Positions 49,660 to 59,176 of a stretch of DNA of 64,000 bases are shown here, one piece after another. Every line of letters starts with the position of its first letter. The stretch's first letter is position 1. The position numbers and the translations under genes were made by a program. The notes under the pieces are model-generated. The model did no database searches, was not told where the DNA came from, and saw nothing but the letters and a program-made list of their open reading frames with translations. The stretch lies in contig SVAO01000002.1 in the NCBI GenBank assembly GCA_015059365.1, positions 5,621 through 69,620 on the forward strand, read 5' to 3'. The DNA comes from Bacillota bacterium (GTDB taxonomy: Bacteria > Bacillota_I > Bacilli_A > RF39 > UBA660).

Positions 49660-50862
49660 ATGAATAAAAAAATATCAATATTAATTATAACAATTTTATT
49701 TTTATTTCCATTTAATATAAAGGCACTAGAAATAAAGGAAACGAATTCTAATTGTAATTTGACAAAGACAGAGTGTGAAAATAATGAAAGTTGTGTTTGG
49801 ATTAATAGTAGAAGTTGTGGAATAATTTCGCAAGATACTGTAAATTATACGTGTTATTATAAATACTATAGTAACCCAGTAACGATTTTTGTTACCGCAA
49901 ATTTTAATCAAAGTGGTTTGATTTCTGCTACGCTAGAACATGATCAAGCTCATGCCTCGGATATGATTGCTGGAGTAGCAAGTGACAGAAGCCCAGTAAC
50001 GTATACTAGTAGAGATAGGAAAGATAAATATTATACTTGTCCGGATGCTCTTTATGAATATAAAAGTGAAAAGGTAAAAATACAAGAAGTAGAATATTTA
50101 AAAAAATACTTTGATGTAGCAATAGGAGCAGATCATGAATATTCAACAAAGTTTGATTTAGTTAAGAGTTCTAATTATAATGGGGTGATGGCTCATCAGA
50201 AACCCAATTCTCCTACTATACCATCGAGAAATCCTTTAGAGTGTTATTATGATTATAATAAAGATGGTGTAAAAGTTACATATATAGTCACATATGTTGA
50301 TGTAAATACAGTAACAGTTAAAGAAGTTATGGATATGTCAAGTAATGCTACGATACCTATTAATACAGATTTTATTAAGAAAAGTACTCAGTTCAAGAAT
50401 TGGGAATGTGCTACTAATGATTCATTTTATGTAGGCTATAATGATGGAGTAAAATATATAACATACAATAAAAATGATTTGCAGGGTATAGATGATAATT
50501 TTGTGTCATTCGGTGACAGCAATCATGATAAAGACTATGGTGATAATCCTGGTGATTATAATCCTGGTGATAAAGTTTACGGTTGTGAAGTAATTCCAGT
50601 TGAAATAAGAGAATGGATAATAAGTACATTAAATTTAGTAAAATATATATGTTTGGCTTTAGTAATAGTATTAGGAGTTTTAGATTTTATTAAAGCAGCA
50701 GCAAGTGGGGAAGCAGATGCACTAAAGAAATCTGGACAAAGCTTCTTAAAAAGAGTAATAGCGGTAGCAATATTATTCTTACTGCCTGTATTAGTAGAAT
50801 TAATTTTAAATTTAATAGAGATATATGGTGTAAATCCAGATAATCCATTGTGCACAAAATAG
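49660..50862 (+). CDS. Secreted Cys-patterned hypothetical protein with C-terminal double-TM, VirB2/TrbC-pilin-like tail
   Basis: ATG 49660 after AGGTGA; signal peptide MNKKISILIITILFLFPFNIKA; two internal repeats; C-terminal TM - charged loop - TM. Confidence 0.65.
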   Translation: MNKKISILIITILFLFPFNIKALEIKETNSNCNLTKTECENNESCVWINSRSCGIISQDTVNYTCYYKYYSNPVTIFVTANFNQSGLISATLEHDQAHASDMIAGVASDRSPVTYTSRDRKDKYYTCPDALYEYKSEKVKIQEVEYLKKYFDVAIGADHEYSTKFDLVKSSNYNGVMAHQKPNSPTIPSRNPLECYYDYNKDGVKVTYIVTYVDVNTVTVKEVMDMSSNATIPINTDFIKKSTQFKNWECATNDSFYVGYNDGVKYITYNKNDLQGIDDNFVSFGDSNHDKDYGDNPGDYNPGDKVYGCEVIPVEIREWIISTLNLVKYICLALVIVLGVLDFIKAAASGEADALKKSGQSFLKRVIAVAILFLLPVLVELILNLIEIYGVNPDNPLCTK

Positions 50863-50865
50863 AAT

Positions 50866-50893
50866 TAGTAACATTTATTTGTTACTTTTTTTG
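50866..50893 (+). terminator. Rho-independent terminator after 400-aa gene
   Basis: AGTAAC-atttattt-GTTACT plus T-run. Confidence 0.65.
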
Positions 50894-50982
50894 TTTCTAA
50901 TTTTCTTGACAGATTACAAAATAAACATTACAATGGTATTAGAGTGAATAGATGATTTACTTATAGAAAATGGAGGTTTTAT

Positions 50983-52536
50983 ATGAATGATATTGCATTC
51001 TCCATTTTGCTAGTTTTAATTGGACTCTTTGTGGGCATTATAGGAGTGTTCATAGTTAATTATATTAGAGGAAACCTTTTATCAAAAAAAACTGAAGTTA
51101 TGCTTGAAAAAGCTAAAAAAGAAGCAGATAAAATCAAAAGAGATTATTTATTAGAAGCGAAAGAAGAAGCACATAAGATTAAGATTGATACTGAAAAAGA
51201 GTTAAAAGAGAAAAAAGAGGAAGTAAAAGAATCTGAAGAAAGATTACTTTCACGAGAGGCAAGCATTGACCGTAGAGATCAAACTTTACAAAATCGTGAA
51301 CAAATGTTAGAGGAAAAAGAAAATAATATAATTAATAAACAAAAAGAACTTCAAAAAGAACAAGTAGAAGTGGAAGAAATAAAGAAACAACAAATTGAAT
51401 TATTAGATAAAATTGCAGGATATTCTAAAAATCAAGCTAGAGAAATGGTTTTAAAAAAAGTTGAGGAAATGATGAGTTTAGAAATTGCTGCATACATTAA
51501 GGATAAAGAAGCTGAAGCTAAATTAGAAGTAGATAAAAAAGCAAAAAGTATGCTAGTTTCATCTATGCAAAAATATGCCGGTGATGTAGCTAGTGAACAA
51601 ACTGTTACAGTTGTTAATTTGCCAAATGATGAAATGAAAGGACGTATTATAGGCCGTGAAGGTCGTAATATCCGTACAATTGAAGCTGTTACAGGTGTTG
51701 ATTTAATTATTGATGATACACCAGAAGCTATTGTTTTGTCTAGTTTTGATCCTTTAAGAAGAGAGATTGCTAGAGTAACAATTGAAAGTTTAATAAAAGA
51801 TGGACGCATTCATCCAACACGTATTGAAGAACTATATGACAAAACTAGTCAAGATATTAAAGCAAAAATATTAGAATATGGTGACAGTGCATTATTTGAA
51901 CTTGGCATTACTAAGATGGATCCGGAATTAGTTGAAATTTTGGGAAAATTACATTTCAGAACTAGTTATGGTCAAAATGCATTACAACATTCAATTGAAG
52001 TAGCACACTTAGCTGGGTTATTAGCCTCAGAATTGGGAGAAAATGTTATTTTAGCCCGTCGTGCAGGATTGCTTCATGATATTGGAAAAGCAATTGACCA
52101 TGAAGTTGAAGGAAGTCATGTGTCGTTAGGTGCAGAACTTGCTCGTAAGTTTAAAGAAAATGAAATAATAGTTAATGCTATTGAATCACATCATGGTGAT
52201 ACTGAAGCAACAAGTATTATAAGTGAATTAGTTGCAATTGCCGATGCACTTTCAGCATCGCGACCAGGTGCCCGTAATGATTCTTTAGAAAATTATATAA
52301 AACGACTTCAAGACTTAGAAGCTATTGCTAATAACATTGATGGAGTAGAAAAAACTTTTGCAGTTCAAGCAGGACGAGAACTTCGTGTTATGGTAGAACC
52401 TACAAAAGTAGATGATTTAACAAGTTATAAAATAGCTCGTGATATAAAGACTCGTATTGAGGAAAACTTACAATATCCTGGAACAATTAAGGTTACTGTT
52501 ATTAGAGAGACAAGAGCGGTTGAAGAAGCAAAATAA
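50983..52536 (+). CDS. rny: Ribonuclease Y
   Basis: N-terminal TM, coiled coil, KH domain ([12 protein letters not shown]), HD domain (LLHDIGKA). Confidence 0.95.
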   Translation: MNDIAFSILLVLIGLFVGIIGVFIVNYIRGNLLSKKTEVMLEKAKKEADKIKRDYLLEAKEEAHKIKIDTEKELKEKKEEVKESEERLLSREASIDRRDQTLQNREQMLEEKENNIINKQKELQKEQVEVEEIKKQQIELLDKIAGYSKNQAREMVLKKVEEMMSLEIAAYIKDKEAEAKLEVDKKAKSMLVSSMQKYAGDVASEQTVTVVNLPNDEMKGRIIGREGRNIRTIEAVTGVDLIIDDTPEAIVLSSFDPLRREIARVTIESLIKDGRIHPTRIEELYDKTSQDIKAKILEYGDSALFELGITKMDPELVEILGKLHFRTSYGQNALQHSIEVAHLAGLLASELGENVILARRAGLLHDIGKAIDHEVEGSHVSLGAELARKFKENEIIVNAIESHHGDTEATSIISELVAIADALSASRPGARNDSLENYIKRLQDLEAIANNIDGVEKTFAVQAGRELRVMVEPTKVDDLTSYKIARDIKTRIEENLQYPGTIKVTVIRETRAVEEAK

Positions 52537-52562
52537 AAAACGAAGAAATTCGTTTTTTTTAG
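52536..52562. terminator. Bidirectional terminator between rny and convergent Pro/Tyr-rich ORF
   Basis: AACGAA-gaaa-TTCGTT flanked by A-run and T8. Confidence 0.65.
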
Positions 52563-52828
52563 TATGGTCTATAATATGGTCCGTAATAAGGTGGTCTAAA
52601 TGGAGGTCTAGGTGGATAATAATAGTTTGGATAATTTGGTCTCCAAAAAGCAGGTGCTAATGCGGCACCAGTTACTCCACCAAGTAAAAATGGAAAAGCA
52701 AATCCACCACCGATTAATCTGTCATTAGAAGAGTTTTGATATCCATATGGAATGTTCTGATTATATGACATATTTTGTCGGAAACTGTCTGTAGGAAAAT
52801 TTAAATTTTGTGAATACATATATATCAT
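52559..52828 (-). CDS. Small Pro/Tyr/Gly-rich low-complexity protein (89 aa), possible spore-coat-type protein
   Basis: C-terminus WRPNYPNYYYPPRPPFRPPYYGPYYRPY, central GGGFAFPFLLGGVTGAALAPA hydrophobic patch; function is a guess. Confidence 0.45.
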   Translation of the reverse strand: MIYMYSQNLNFPTDSFRQNMSYNQNIPYGYQNSSNDRLIGGGFAFPFLLGGVTGAALAPAFWRPNYPNYYYPPRPPFRPPYYGPYYRPY

Positions 52829-52871
52829 CCTTTCATAATATGGTATGATAATAATAGAAAAGAGTGATAAT

Positions 52872-53972
52872 ATGGATAAAATAAAAAAATTAAGTCAAAA
52901 AATTGTTGAACATTCATTAAAAATTAATGACAAGGATAAGGTGTTAATTACTTATCAAAGTCCTAATTGTAATGATTTAGTAATTGAATTGGTAAAAGAT
53001 ATTAGCCAAAAAGGTGCAATTTGCCATGTGAAACTTGTTGATCCAACAGTAAATAAAGAATTATTGATGACTACTGATGAAAAACGTGCTAGTTTACTTG
53101 GAGAATATACTAAGTTTGAAGTTGAACATTTTACTTCATTTATTTCAATAAAATATTCTACTAATGATTTTGAAGATAATGAGGTACAAAATTCAATCAG
53201 GAATATGATTGGAAAAGAAACAAGAAAATATGATGATATTAGAATAAATAAAAGGAAATGGGTTTTATTAAATTATCCCAGCATGCTAGACGCTCATAAA
53301 GCTAAGATGAGTATGGAAAAGTTCCGTGAGTTTTCACTAGACGCTATGACTGCTAATTATGATGAATTAGAAAAAAGAATAGAGCCGTTAAAGAAATTAA
53401 TGGAGAAAACTGATAGGGTGAGAATTGTTGGTCCTAATACAGATATAACTTTTTCTATAAAAGATATACCTGTAGTACCATGTTGTGGTGAGTCTAATTT
53501 GCCGGATGGAGAAATATTTACAGCTCCTGTTAAGGATAGTGTTAATGGAGTAATCACGTATAATACACCATCTCCATATCAAGGAGAAATATTCAATAAT
53601 GTATCGTTAACTTTTGAAAATGGAAAAATCATTGATGCTACATGTCAAGGAAATGAAGAAAAGTTAGCGGAGATATTTAATACTGATGAAGGAAGTAAAT
53701 ATGTTGGTGAATTTTCACTAGGGCTAAATTCTAATATATTAGATCCGATGGGAGATATTTTATATGATGAAAAAATCATTGGAAGTATTCATTTTACCCC
53801 TGGTCAAGCTTATGAAGATGCAGATAATGGAAATAAATCACGTATACATTGGGATTTGGTCTTGATTCAAAGACCTGAATATGGTGGAGGAGAAATATAT
53901 TTTGATGATGTTTTAATTCGTAAGGATGGAGTGTTTGTTATTGATGAATTAAAACAACTAAATTATAAATAG
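52872..53972 (+). CDS. Aminopeptidase, peptidase M29 (AmpS / aminopeptidase T/II) family
   Basis: ATG 52872; size and motifs (LPDGEIFTAP, GSIHFTPG, IHWDLV) typical of M29. Confidence 0.85.
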   Translation: MDKIKKLSQKIVEHSLKINDKDKVLITYQSPNCNDLVIELVKDISQKGAICHVKLVDPTVNKELLMTTDEKRASLLGEYTKFEVEHFTSFISIKYSTNDFEDNEVQNSIRNMIGKETRKYDDIRINKRKWVLLNYPSMLDAHKAKMSMEKFREFSLDAMTANYDELEKRIEPLKKLMEKTDRVRIVGPNTDITFSIKDIPVVPCCGESNLPDGEIFTAPVKDSVNGVITYNTPSPYQGEIFNNVSLTFENGKIIDATCQGNEEKLAEIFNTDEGSKYVGEFSLGLNSNILDPMGDILYDEKIIGSIHFTPGQAYEDADNGNKSRIHWDLVLIQRPEYGGGEIYFDDVLIRKDGVFVIDELKQLNYK

Positions 53973-54012
53973 TAAAAAGAAAAATATTTACTCATATACT
54001 TAATTAGGTGAT

Positions 54013-54864
54013 ATGGTGAAAAAATTTTTTCAAATAATAGGTATAACTACATTAGCGTGTTTTAGCTTTATTTTTACAGAAAAAACAGCTATAACATTAA
54101 GAGATAATGATGACCTTATGAAAGTAATTAAGGAACAATCTATTTCTTATAAAATTGAAAGCGAAAATGCTTTGGTAGAAGATGATACAATTATTCCTGG
54201 ATTAAATGGAAAAAATGTCAATAATAATAAAAGTTATGACAACATGAAGAGATTTGGTCAATTTAATGAAAATATGTTGATATATGATTTATTATTTCCG
54301 GAAATATCATTAAAGAATACCTATAATAAATATATAATTGGAGGAAATCCTCGTAAAAATATGGTAACTTTAATATTTAAGGTTACTGAAAATAGTGACA
54401 TTAATACCATATTAAGTACAGTAGATGTCAATATACCGTTAAATTTCTTTGTCGATGGAAATTGGCTTGAAAGTAATGAAGAATCATTAAAAAAACTAAC
54501 TGATTTTAATTTTGTTATTGGAAATCTTGGATACCATGGCGATTACACAAAGAGTGGATATGTGTGGATTAATACTATAATTAATAGATACAGTAAACAG
54601 GAAAACAATTATTGTTATGTAGAGTCTAAAAATGAAGATTATCTGAAAATATGTGCACTTCAAAAAAGTTATACTATCATGCCTTCAATCATTACTAAAG
54701 ATAATCCTTTAATAGAAATTAAAAATAATATAAAATCAGGAGATATCATATCACTAGAAATAAACAACCAAACACTAAAACAATTACCTTTAATTATAAG
54801 TTATATAAATAGTAAAGGATTTAAAATAACTAGCTTAGATGAATTTTTAAGTGAGGATTTTTAA
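54013..54864 (+). CDS. Membrane-anchored polysaccharide-deacetylase-like (NodB-fold) protein with degenerate catalytic motifs
   Basis: N-terminal TM; VTLIFKVTEN in place of TFDDG and GNLGYHGDY in place of H-S/T-x-x-H; C-terminal KGFKITSLDEFL typical of the family. Confidence 0.4.
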   Translation: MVKKFFQIIGITTLACFSFIFTEKTAITLRDNDDLMKVIKEQSISYKIESENALVEDDTIIPGLNGKNVNNNKSYDNMKRFGQFNENMLIYDLLFPEISLKNTYNKYIIGGNPRKNMVTLIFKVTENSDINTILSTVDVNIPLNFFVDGNWLESNEESLKKLTDFNFVIGNLGYHGDYTKSGYVWINTIINRYSKQENNYCYVESKNEDYLKICALQKSYTIMPSIITKDNPLIEIKNNIKSGDIISLEINNQTLKQLPLIISYINSKGFKITSLDEFLSEDF

Positions 54865-54944
54865 GAACATAAGGATGAAAAATTAGTAGACTTTTCATCT
54901 TTTTTAGTATATAATAAAAATCAATTTTTCTAGGAGGTGATTAT

Positions 54945-57260
54945 GTGCTTAAAACTAACTTACCAGTTATTTTATTAAGAGGAATAATTTTGCTTCCTAA
55001 TAATGAAATTCGCCTAGAATTTGAAAATGATTTAAGTAAAAATATTATTGATGTTTCTGAACTTTTTCATGATAATATGCTTTTGGTTGTTAATTCTTTA
55101 AATCCTTTGGAAGAATCTTTAAGAGTAGAGGATATACCTGAAATTGGAATTGTATCTAAAATTATTAATAAAATAGAACTTCCTAATGGAAAGGTGAGAG
55201 TAATAATTAAAGGCATAAATAGGGCGAAGATTAACGAATTGTTAAATTTAAATAAAACTTCAGAAGTTTTAGAGTCGATTGTAACTAATATATATGAAAC
55301 AAAACTAGAAGAACATAAAGAAAAAATTCTTATTCGTAAACTATATCGTGAATTAGAAGTATATATAAAAAAGGTACCATATATAAGTAATAGTATTTTA
55401 TCATTAATTGTTAATATAAGTGATATTGGAAAATTTACTGATATTGTAGCTTCTCATTTACCTATTGAAAATAATAGATTAATAGAATATTTAAATCAAC
55501 TTGATGTAGGTACAAGAGCAGAAATGATATTAGAAGATATTTATAAAGATGAAGAAATGTTTGAAGTTGAAAAAAACATTGATTTAAGAGTAAAGAAAAG
55601 TATTGATGATAATCAAAAAGAATATTTATTAAGAGAAAAAATTAAATATATTAAAGAAGAACTAGGAGATACTACATTAAAAGAAAATGAAGTAGAAGAA
55701 ATAAGAGAGAAAATAAATACTTTATCAGCACCAGAAAAAATAAAGAAGAGATTATTTAATGAATTAAAACGATATGAAAGTCTTAACCAAGCATCTCCTG
55801 AAATAGGTATAGTTCGAAATTATATTGATACATTATTAAATTTACCATGGGAAACTTACACAATAGATAATAAAGATTTATCTGATGTTTTACAACAATT
55901 AAATGAAAGCCATTATGGTTTAGAAAAAGTAAAACAGAGAATCATTGAATATCTTGCAGTAAGAAGTATTTCAGAAGAAGTAAAAAGTCCTATAATTTGT
56001 TTAGTTGGACCTCCAGGAGTAGGAAAAACCACTCTTGCTAGTTCGATTGCTAAAAGTATAAATCGCAATTTTGTAAAAATTAGCGTTGGAGGAGTTAATG
56101 ATGAGGCTGAAATTATAGGTCATCGAAGAACTTATCTTGGTGCGATGCCGGGTAGAATTATTCAATGTATGAAAAAAGCAAAATCTAATAATCCGGTATT
56201 TTTAATAGATGAAATTGATAAAATGACAAAAGATATTAAAGGTGATCCTGCTAGTGTTTTATTAGAAATTCTTGATCCTGAACAAAATAAACATTTTAGT
56301 GATAATTTTATTGAAGAAGAGTATGACTTATCAAAAATAATGTTTATTACTACGGCTAATTCTTTGGATACAATTCCAATTCCACTTCGAGACAGATTAG
56401 AAATTATAGAGTTGAGTGGTTATACTGAATTTGAAAAACTTGATATAGCGAAACGATATTTAATTCCTAAAATATTAAAAAACCATGGAATTAATAAGGA
56501 AGATATTGGCTTTAAAGATAATGCAGTTTTAGAACTAATTAGGTATTATACAAAAGAAGCAGGGGTTCGTGAATTAGAAAGAAAAATTACTCAAATTATT
56601 AGAAAAATTATAACTGAAAATGTTATAAAAAAACAAGAAAAGAAAGTAATGGTAAATAATGTAATAAAATATTTAGGAAGACATGAATTTCATTTTGGAA
56701 ATATTGGAACTGATGAAATTGGTGTAGTAAATGGCCTTGCTTATACTTATGCTGGTGGAGATACACTAAAGATTGAAGTAAATTATTATCCTGGAAATGG
56801 GAATTTAATTTTAACTGGTTCTTTAGGAGATGTTATGAAGGAAAGTGCTCAGATTGCCTTAAGTTATGTTAGAGCCAATAATGATTATTTTGGAATAAAA
56901 AATGATAAAATAATTAAAAATGATATTCATATTCATGTGCCTGAAGGTGCCGTACCTAAAGATGGACCTAGTGCCGGGATTGCTTTAACTACTGCGATTA
57001 TAAGTGCACTGTCTAACATTAAAATAGATAAAACTATTGCGATGACAGGAGAAATTACATTAAGGGGAAATATTTTACCTATAGGTGGATTAAAAGAAAA
57101 AAGCATTGGAGCTCTTCGTTCAGGAATTAAAACAATATATATACCAACAGATAATGAAAATGATTTGGATGAAATACCGAATGAAGTAAAAAAAGATTTA
57201 GAATACATTTTAGTTAGTAATTATAAAGAATTGTTTGATAAATTAATAAAAATTGATTAA
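54945..57260 (+). CDS. lon: ATP-dependent Lon protease
   Basis: GTG start after AGGAGGTGA; LON N-domain, GPPGVGKT Walker A, catalytic PKDGPSAG. Confidence 0.95.
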   Translation: MLKTNLPVILLRGIILLPNNEIRLEFENDLSKNIIDVSELFHDNMLLVVNSLNPLEESLRVEDIPEIGIVSKIINKIELPNGKVRVIIKGINRAKINELLNLNKTSEVLESIVTNIYETKLEEHKEKILIRKLYRELEVYIKKVPYISNSILSLIVNISDIGKFTDIVASHLPIENNRLIEYLNQLDVGTRAEMILEDIYKDEEMFEVEKNIDLRVKKSIDDNQKEYLLREKIKYIKEELGDTTLKENEVEEIREKINTLSAPEKIKKRLFNELKRYESLNQASPEIGIVRNYIDTLLNLPWETYTIDNKDLSDVLQQLNESHYGLEKVKQRIIEYLAVRSISEEVKSPIICLVGPPGVGKTTLASSIAKSINRNFVKISVGGVNDEAEIIGHRRTYLGAMPGRIIQCMKKAKSNNPVFLIDEIDKMTKDIKGDPASVLLEILDPEQNKHFSDNFIEEEYDLSKIMFITTANSLDTIPIPLRDRLEIIELSGYTEFEKLDIAKRYLIPKILKNHGINKEDIGFKDNAVLELIRYYTKEAGVRELERKITQIIRKIITENVIKKQEKKVMVNNVIKYLGRHEFHFGNIGTDEIGVVNGLAYTYAGGDTLKIEVNYYPGNGNLILTGSLGDVMKESAQIALSYVRANNDYFGIKNDKIIKNDIHIHVPEGAVPKDGPSAGIALTTAIISALSNIKIDKTIAMTGEITLRGNILPIGGLKEKSIGALRSGIKTIYIPTDNENDLDEIPNEVKKDLEYILVSNYKELFDKLIKID

Positions 57261-57297
57261 AGGATGATTAAATAAAACATAATCATCTTTTTTTTTC
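57261..57297 (+). terminator. Rho-independent terminator after lon
   Basis: AGGATGATT-11 nt-AATCATCTT (one G-T pair) plus T-run. Confidence 0.65.
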
Positions 57298-57325
57298 ATA
57301 TATTATTAATGATAAGGAGGATATT

Positions 57326-58027
57326 ATGAAAAAGATTGTACCATTTAAAAAAGATATGTTATTTAATAGTAATGTATCAGAAATAACAAGTATTTCTTTA
57401 GAACATAATTTGAAAGTACAGGAAAACAATAGTATTAATGGTAAATTTATAATTAATGGAGAATATAAAATGTCTGATAGTAGTATAAACACGGAAGGTT
57501 TTAATTTTGAATTACCGTGTAATATTAATTTAGATGAACGTTATGATTTAAGTAATGTATTAGTTGATATTGATGATTTTTATTATGAAATAGTTAATTC
57601 AAACATTCTAGAAGTCAATATTGATGTTTTAATAGATAAGTTAGAGGAAAAACAGGTAGAACAGGAAATTTTGAATGAAATAGAAATGCCTTCAGCTAAA
57701 CTGCCTGATTTAGAGGAAGCAAGGGAGGAAGGTACTATGGAAATTGAAAAAATTAATATAGAAAAACAAGATTGTAAAGAAGCGAATGCTAGGTGTATTG
57801 AAGAAGAGGATTTAAATTCTGTGACTACGATTTTTGATAGTTTTAATGATAATCTTGAAACATATCAAACTTATAAAGTTTATATTGTGAGAGAAGGGGA
57901 TACACTTGATTCAATCATTCAAAAATATGGTATAACTAAAGATGATTTAGAACAATATAATGACTTGAGTGATATTAATCTAGGAGATAAAATAATTATA
58001 CCTGATTTTAATAATGCGAAAGATTAA
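57326..58027 (+). CDS. spoVID: SpoVID / SipL-like spore coat morphogenetic protein with C-terminal LysM
   Basis: N-terminal domain (FKKDMLFNSNVSEITSISLEHNLKV ... INGEYK) resembles SpoVID N-domain; acidic middle; C-terminal LysM (YIVREGDTLDSIIQKYGITKDDLEQYN). Confidence 0.65.
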   Translation: MKKIVPFKKDMLFNSNVSEITSISLEHNLKVQENNSINGKFIINGEYKMSDSSINTEGFNFELPCNINLDERYDLSNVLVDIDDFYYEIVNSNILEVNIDVLIDKLEEKQVEQEILNEIEMPSAKLPDLEEAREEGTMEIEKINIEKQDCKEANARCIEEEDLNSVTTIFDSFNDNLETYQTYKVYIVREGDTLDSIIQKYGITKDDLEQYNDLSDINLGDKIIIPDFNNAKD

Positions 58028-58910
58028 TGATATTTTAAAACAACATAATTTAAAACCGCACAGGTATATAAAAGAAGGAAATGTGATAATTGTAGATACG
58101 GATCAAGGAAAGTATGTTCTTAAAGAGAAAAAGAAAAACAATAAAATATATAATTATTTAAATTCGCGTAATTTTAATTATTATCCTCAATTTGTAAGTG
58201 ATAATAATGAAGACTATGATGTGATGGAATATATTGAGGAATGTGAAGTTCCTAATGAACAAAAAATTATGGATCTTATAGATTTAGTAAGTCTTTTACA
58301 TAGTAAAACTACTCATTATCAAGAAGTTACTGATGATGATTACAAAGCTATTTACGAAGACGTCAATAATAATATAGTATATTTAAATAGTTATTATAAT
58401 GATTTAATTAACATTATTGATAGTAAAGTGTATATGAGTCCTTCTCAGTATTTATTAGCTCGTAATATTTCTAAAATTTTTGCAGCATTAAGGTTTTCTA
58501 AAAGTGAATTAGATGCCTGGTATGAGATTGTAAAAAAATCTCAAAAAAAAAGAATAGTGGTATTACACAATAACCTTGATTTATCACATTTTTTAAGAAA
58601 CAATAATTCATATTTGATAAGTTGGGATAAATCAAAAATAGATATACCAATTTTTGATTTATATAAACTATACAAAAGAAATGGTTTAGATTTTGAATTT
58701 TCGGAAGTTTTAAAAAGATATGAAAAAAATTATCCGTTATTGCCTGAAGAGAAGAAATTATTATTTATTCTTATGGCATTACCGGATAAAATAGAGTTGA
58801 ATAAAGAAGAATATGAAAATTGTAAAGAAGTAAATCGAATGGTAGATTTTGTTTATAAGACTGAAATGTTAGTATCACCATATTATACGAAAGAAGGAAA
58901 AACAGAGTAA
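58014..58910 (+). CDS. ysxE: CotS/YsxE-family spore coat protein kinase-like protein
   Basis: Overlaps spoVID-like gene (spoVID-ysxE pairing as in B. subtilis); phosphotransferase-like VLHNNLDLSHFL ... WDKSKIDIPIFDL. Confidence 0.6.
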   Translation: MRKINDILKQHNLKPHRYIKEGNVIIVDTDQGKYVLKEKKKNNKIYNYLNSRNFNYYPQFVSDNNEDYDVMEYIEECEVPNEQKIMDLIDLVSLLHSKTTHYQEVTDDDYKAIYEDVNNNIVYLNSYYNDLINIIDSKVYMSPSQYLLARNISKIFAALRFSKSELDAWYEIVKKSQKKRIVVLHNNLDLSHFLRNNNSYLISWDKSKIDIPIFDLYKLYKRNGLDFEFSEVLKRYEKNYPLLPEEKKLLFILMALPDKIELNKEEYENCKEVNRMVDFVYKTEMLVSPYYTKEGKTE

Positions 58911-59054
58911 TATTAAAAAAATAAATATTAAAAAAATATTAAATCGAGTTAAAATAAAGAAAGTAATAAATAGTTGATAAATTAATATTATGGTACATAT
59001 TATACAGCAACCACACCATCTTCCTCGATTATTAAACCAGTTATTATTGTACAT
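58875..59054 (-). CDS. Possible 59-aa Cys-rich hydrophobic peptide (MYNNNWFNNRGRWCGCCIICTIILIYQLF...)
   Basis: AGGTGA RBS 4 nt before ATG 59054; one codon below ORF-track cut-off; 3' end overlaps ysxE-like 3' end by 36 nt; could be an AT-rich artefact. Confidence 0.25.
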   Translation of the reverse strand: MYNNNWFNNRGRWCGCCIICTIILIYQLFITFFILTRFNIFLIFIFLILLCFSFFRIIW

Positions 59055-59103
59055 AAAATCACCTATATTATTTTATGTATATTGTTAAATTATGTATGTG
59101 CGA

Positions 59104-59130
59104 AAAGAATTTTATTAAATTCTTTTTTTT
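59104..59130 (+). terminator. Strong + strand hairpin/T-run in the ysxE to PASTA-deacetylase gap (terminator or attenuator)
   Basis: AAAGAATTT-tatt-AAATTCTTT perfect 9-bp stem plus T-run; 194 nt after ysxE stop, 47 nt before ATG 59177. Confidence 0.5.
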
Positions 59131-59176
59131 AACAGTAAAATTTGATAGAATGATAATAATAGTAACAGGTGATAAG

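Noticed and set aside
58909-58940. Short direct repeat ATATTAAAAAAAT x2 after the ysxE stop.
   Set aside because: It is a low-complexity AT tract of a kind common in this genome, with no flanking structure suggesting an att site or an array.
59075-59176. N-terminal extension of the PASTA-deacetylase ORF.
   Set aside because: The extension crosses the strong hairpin/T-run at 59104-59130. ATG 59177 has a GGTGA RBS and starts a normal signal anchor.
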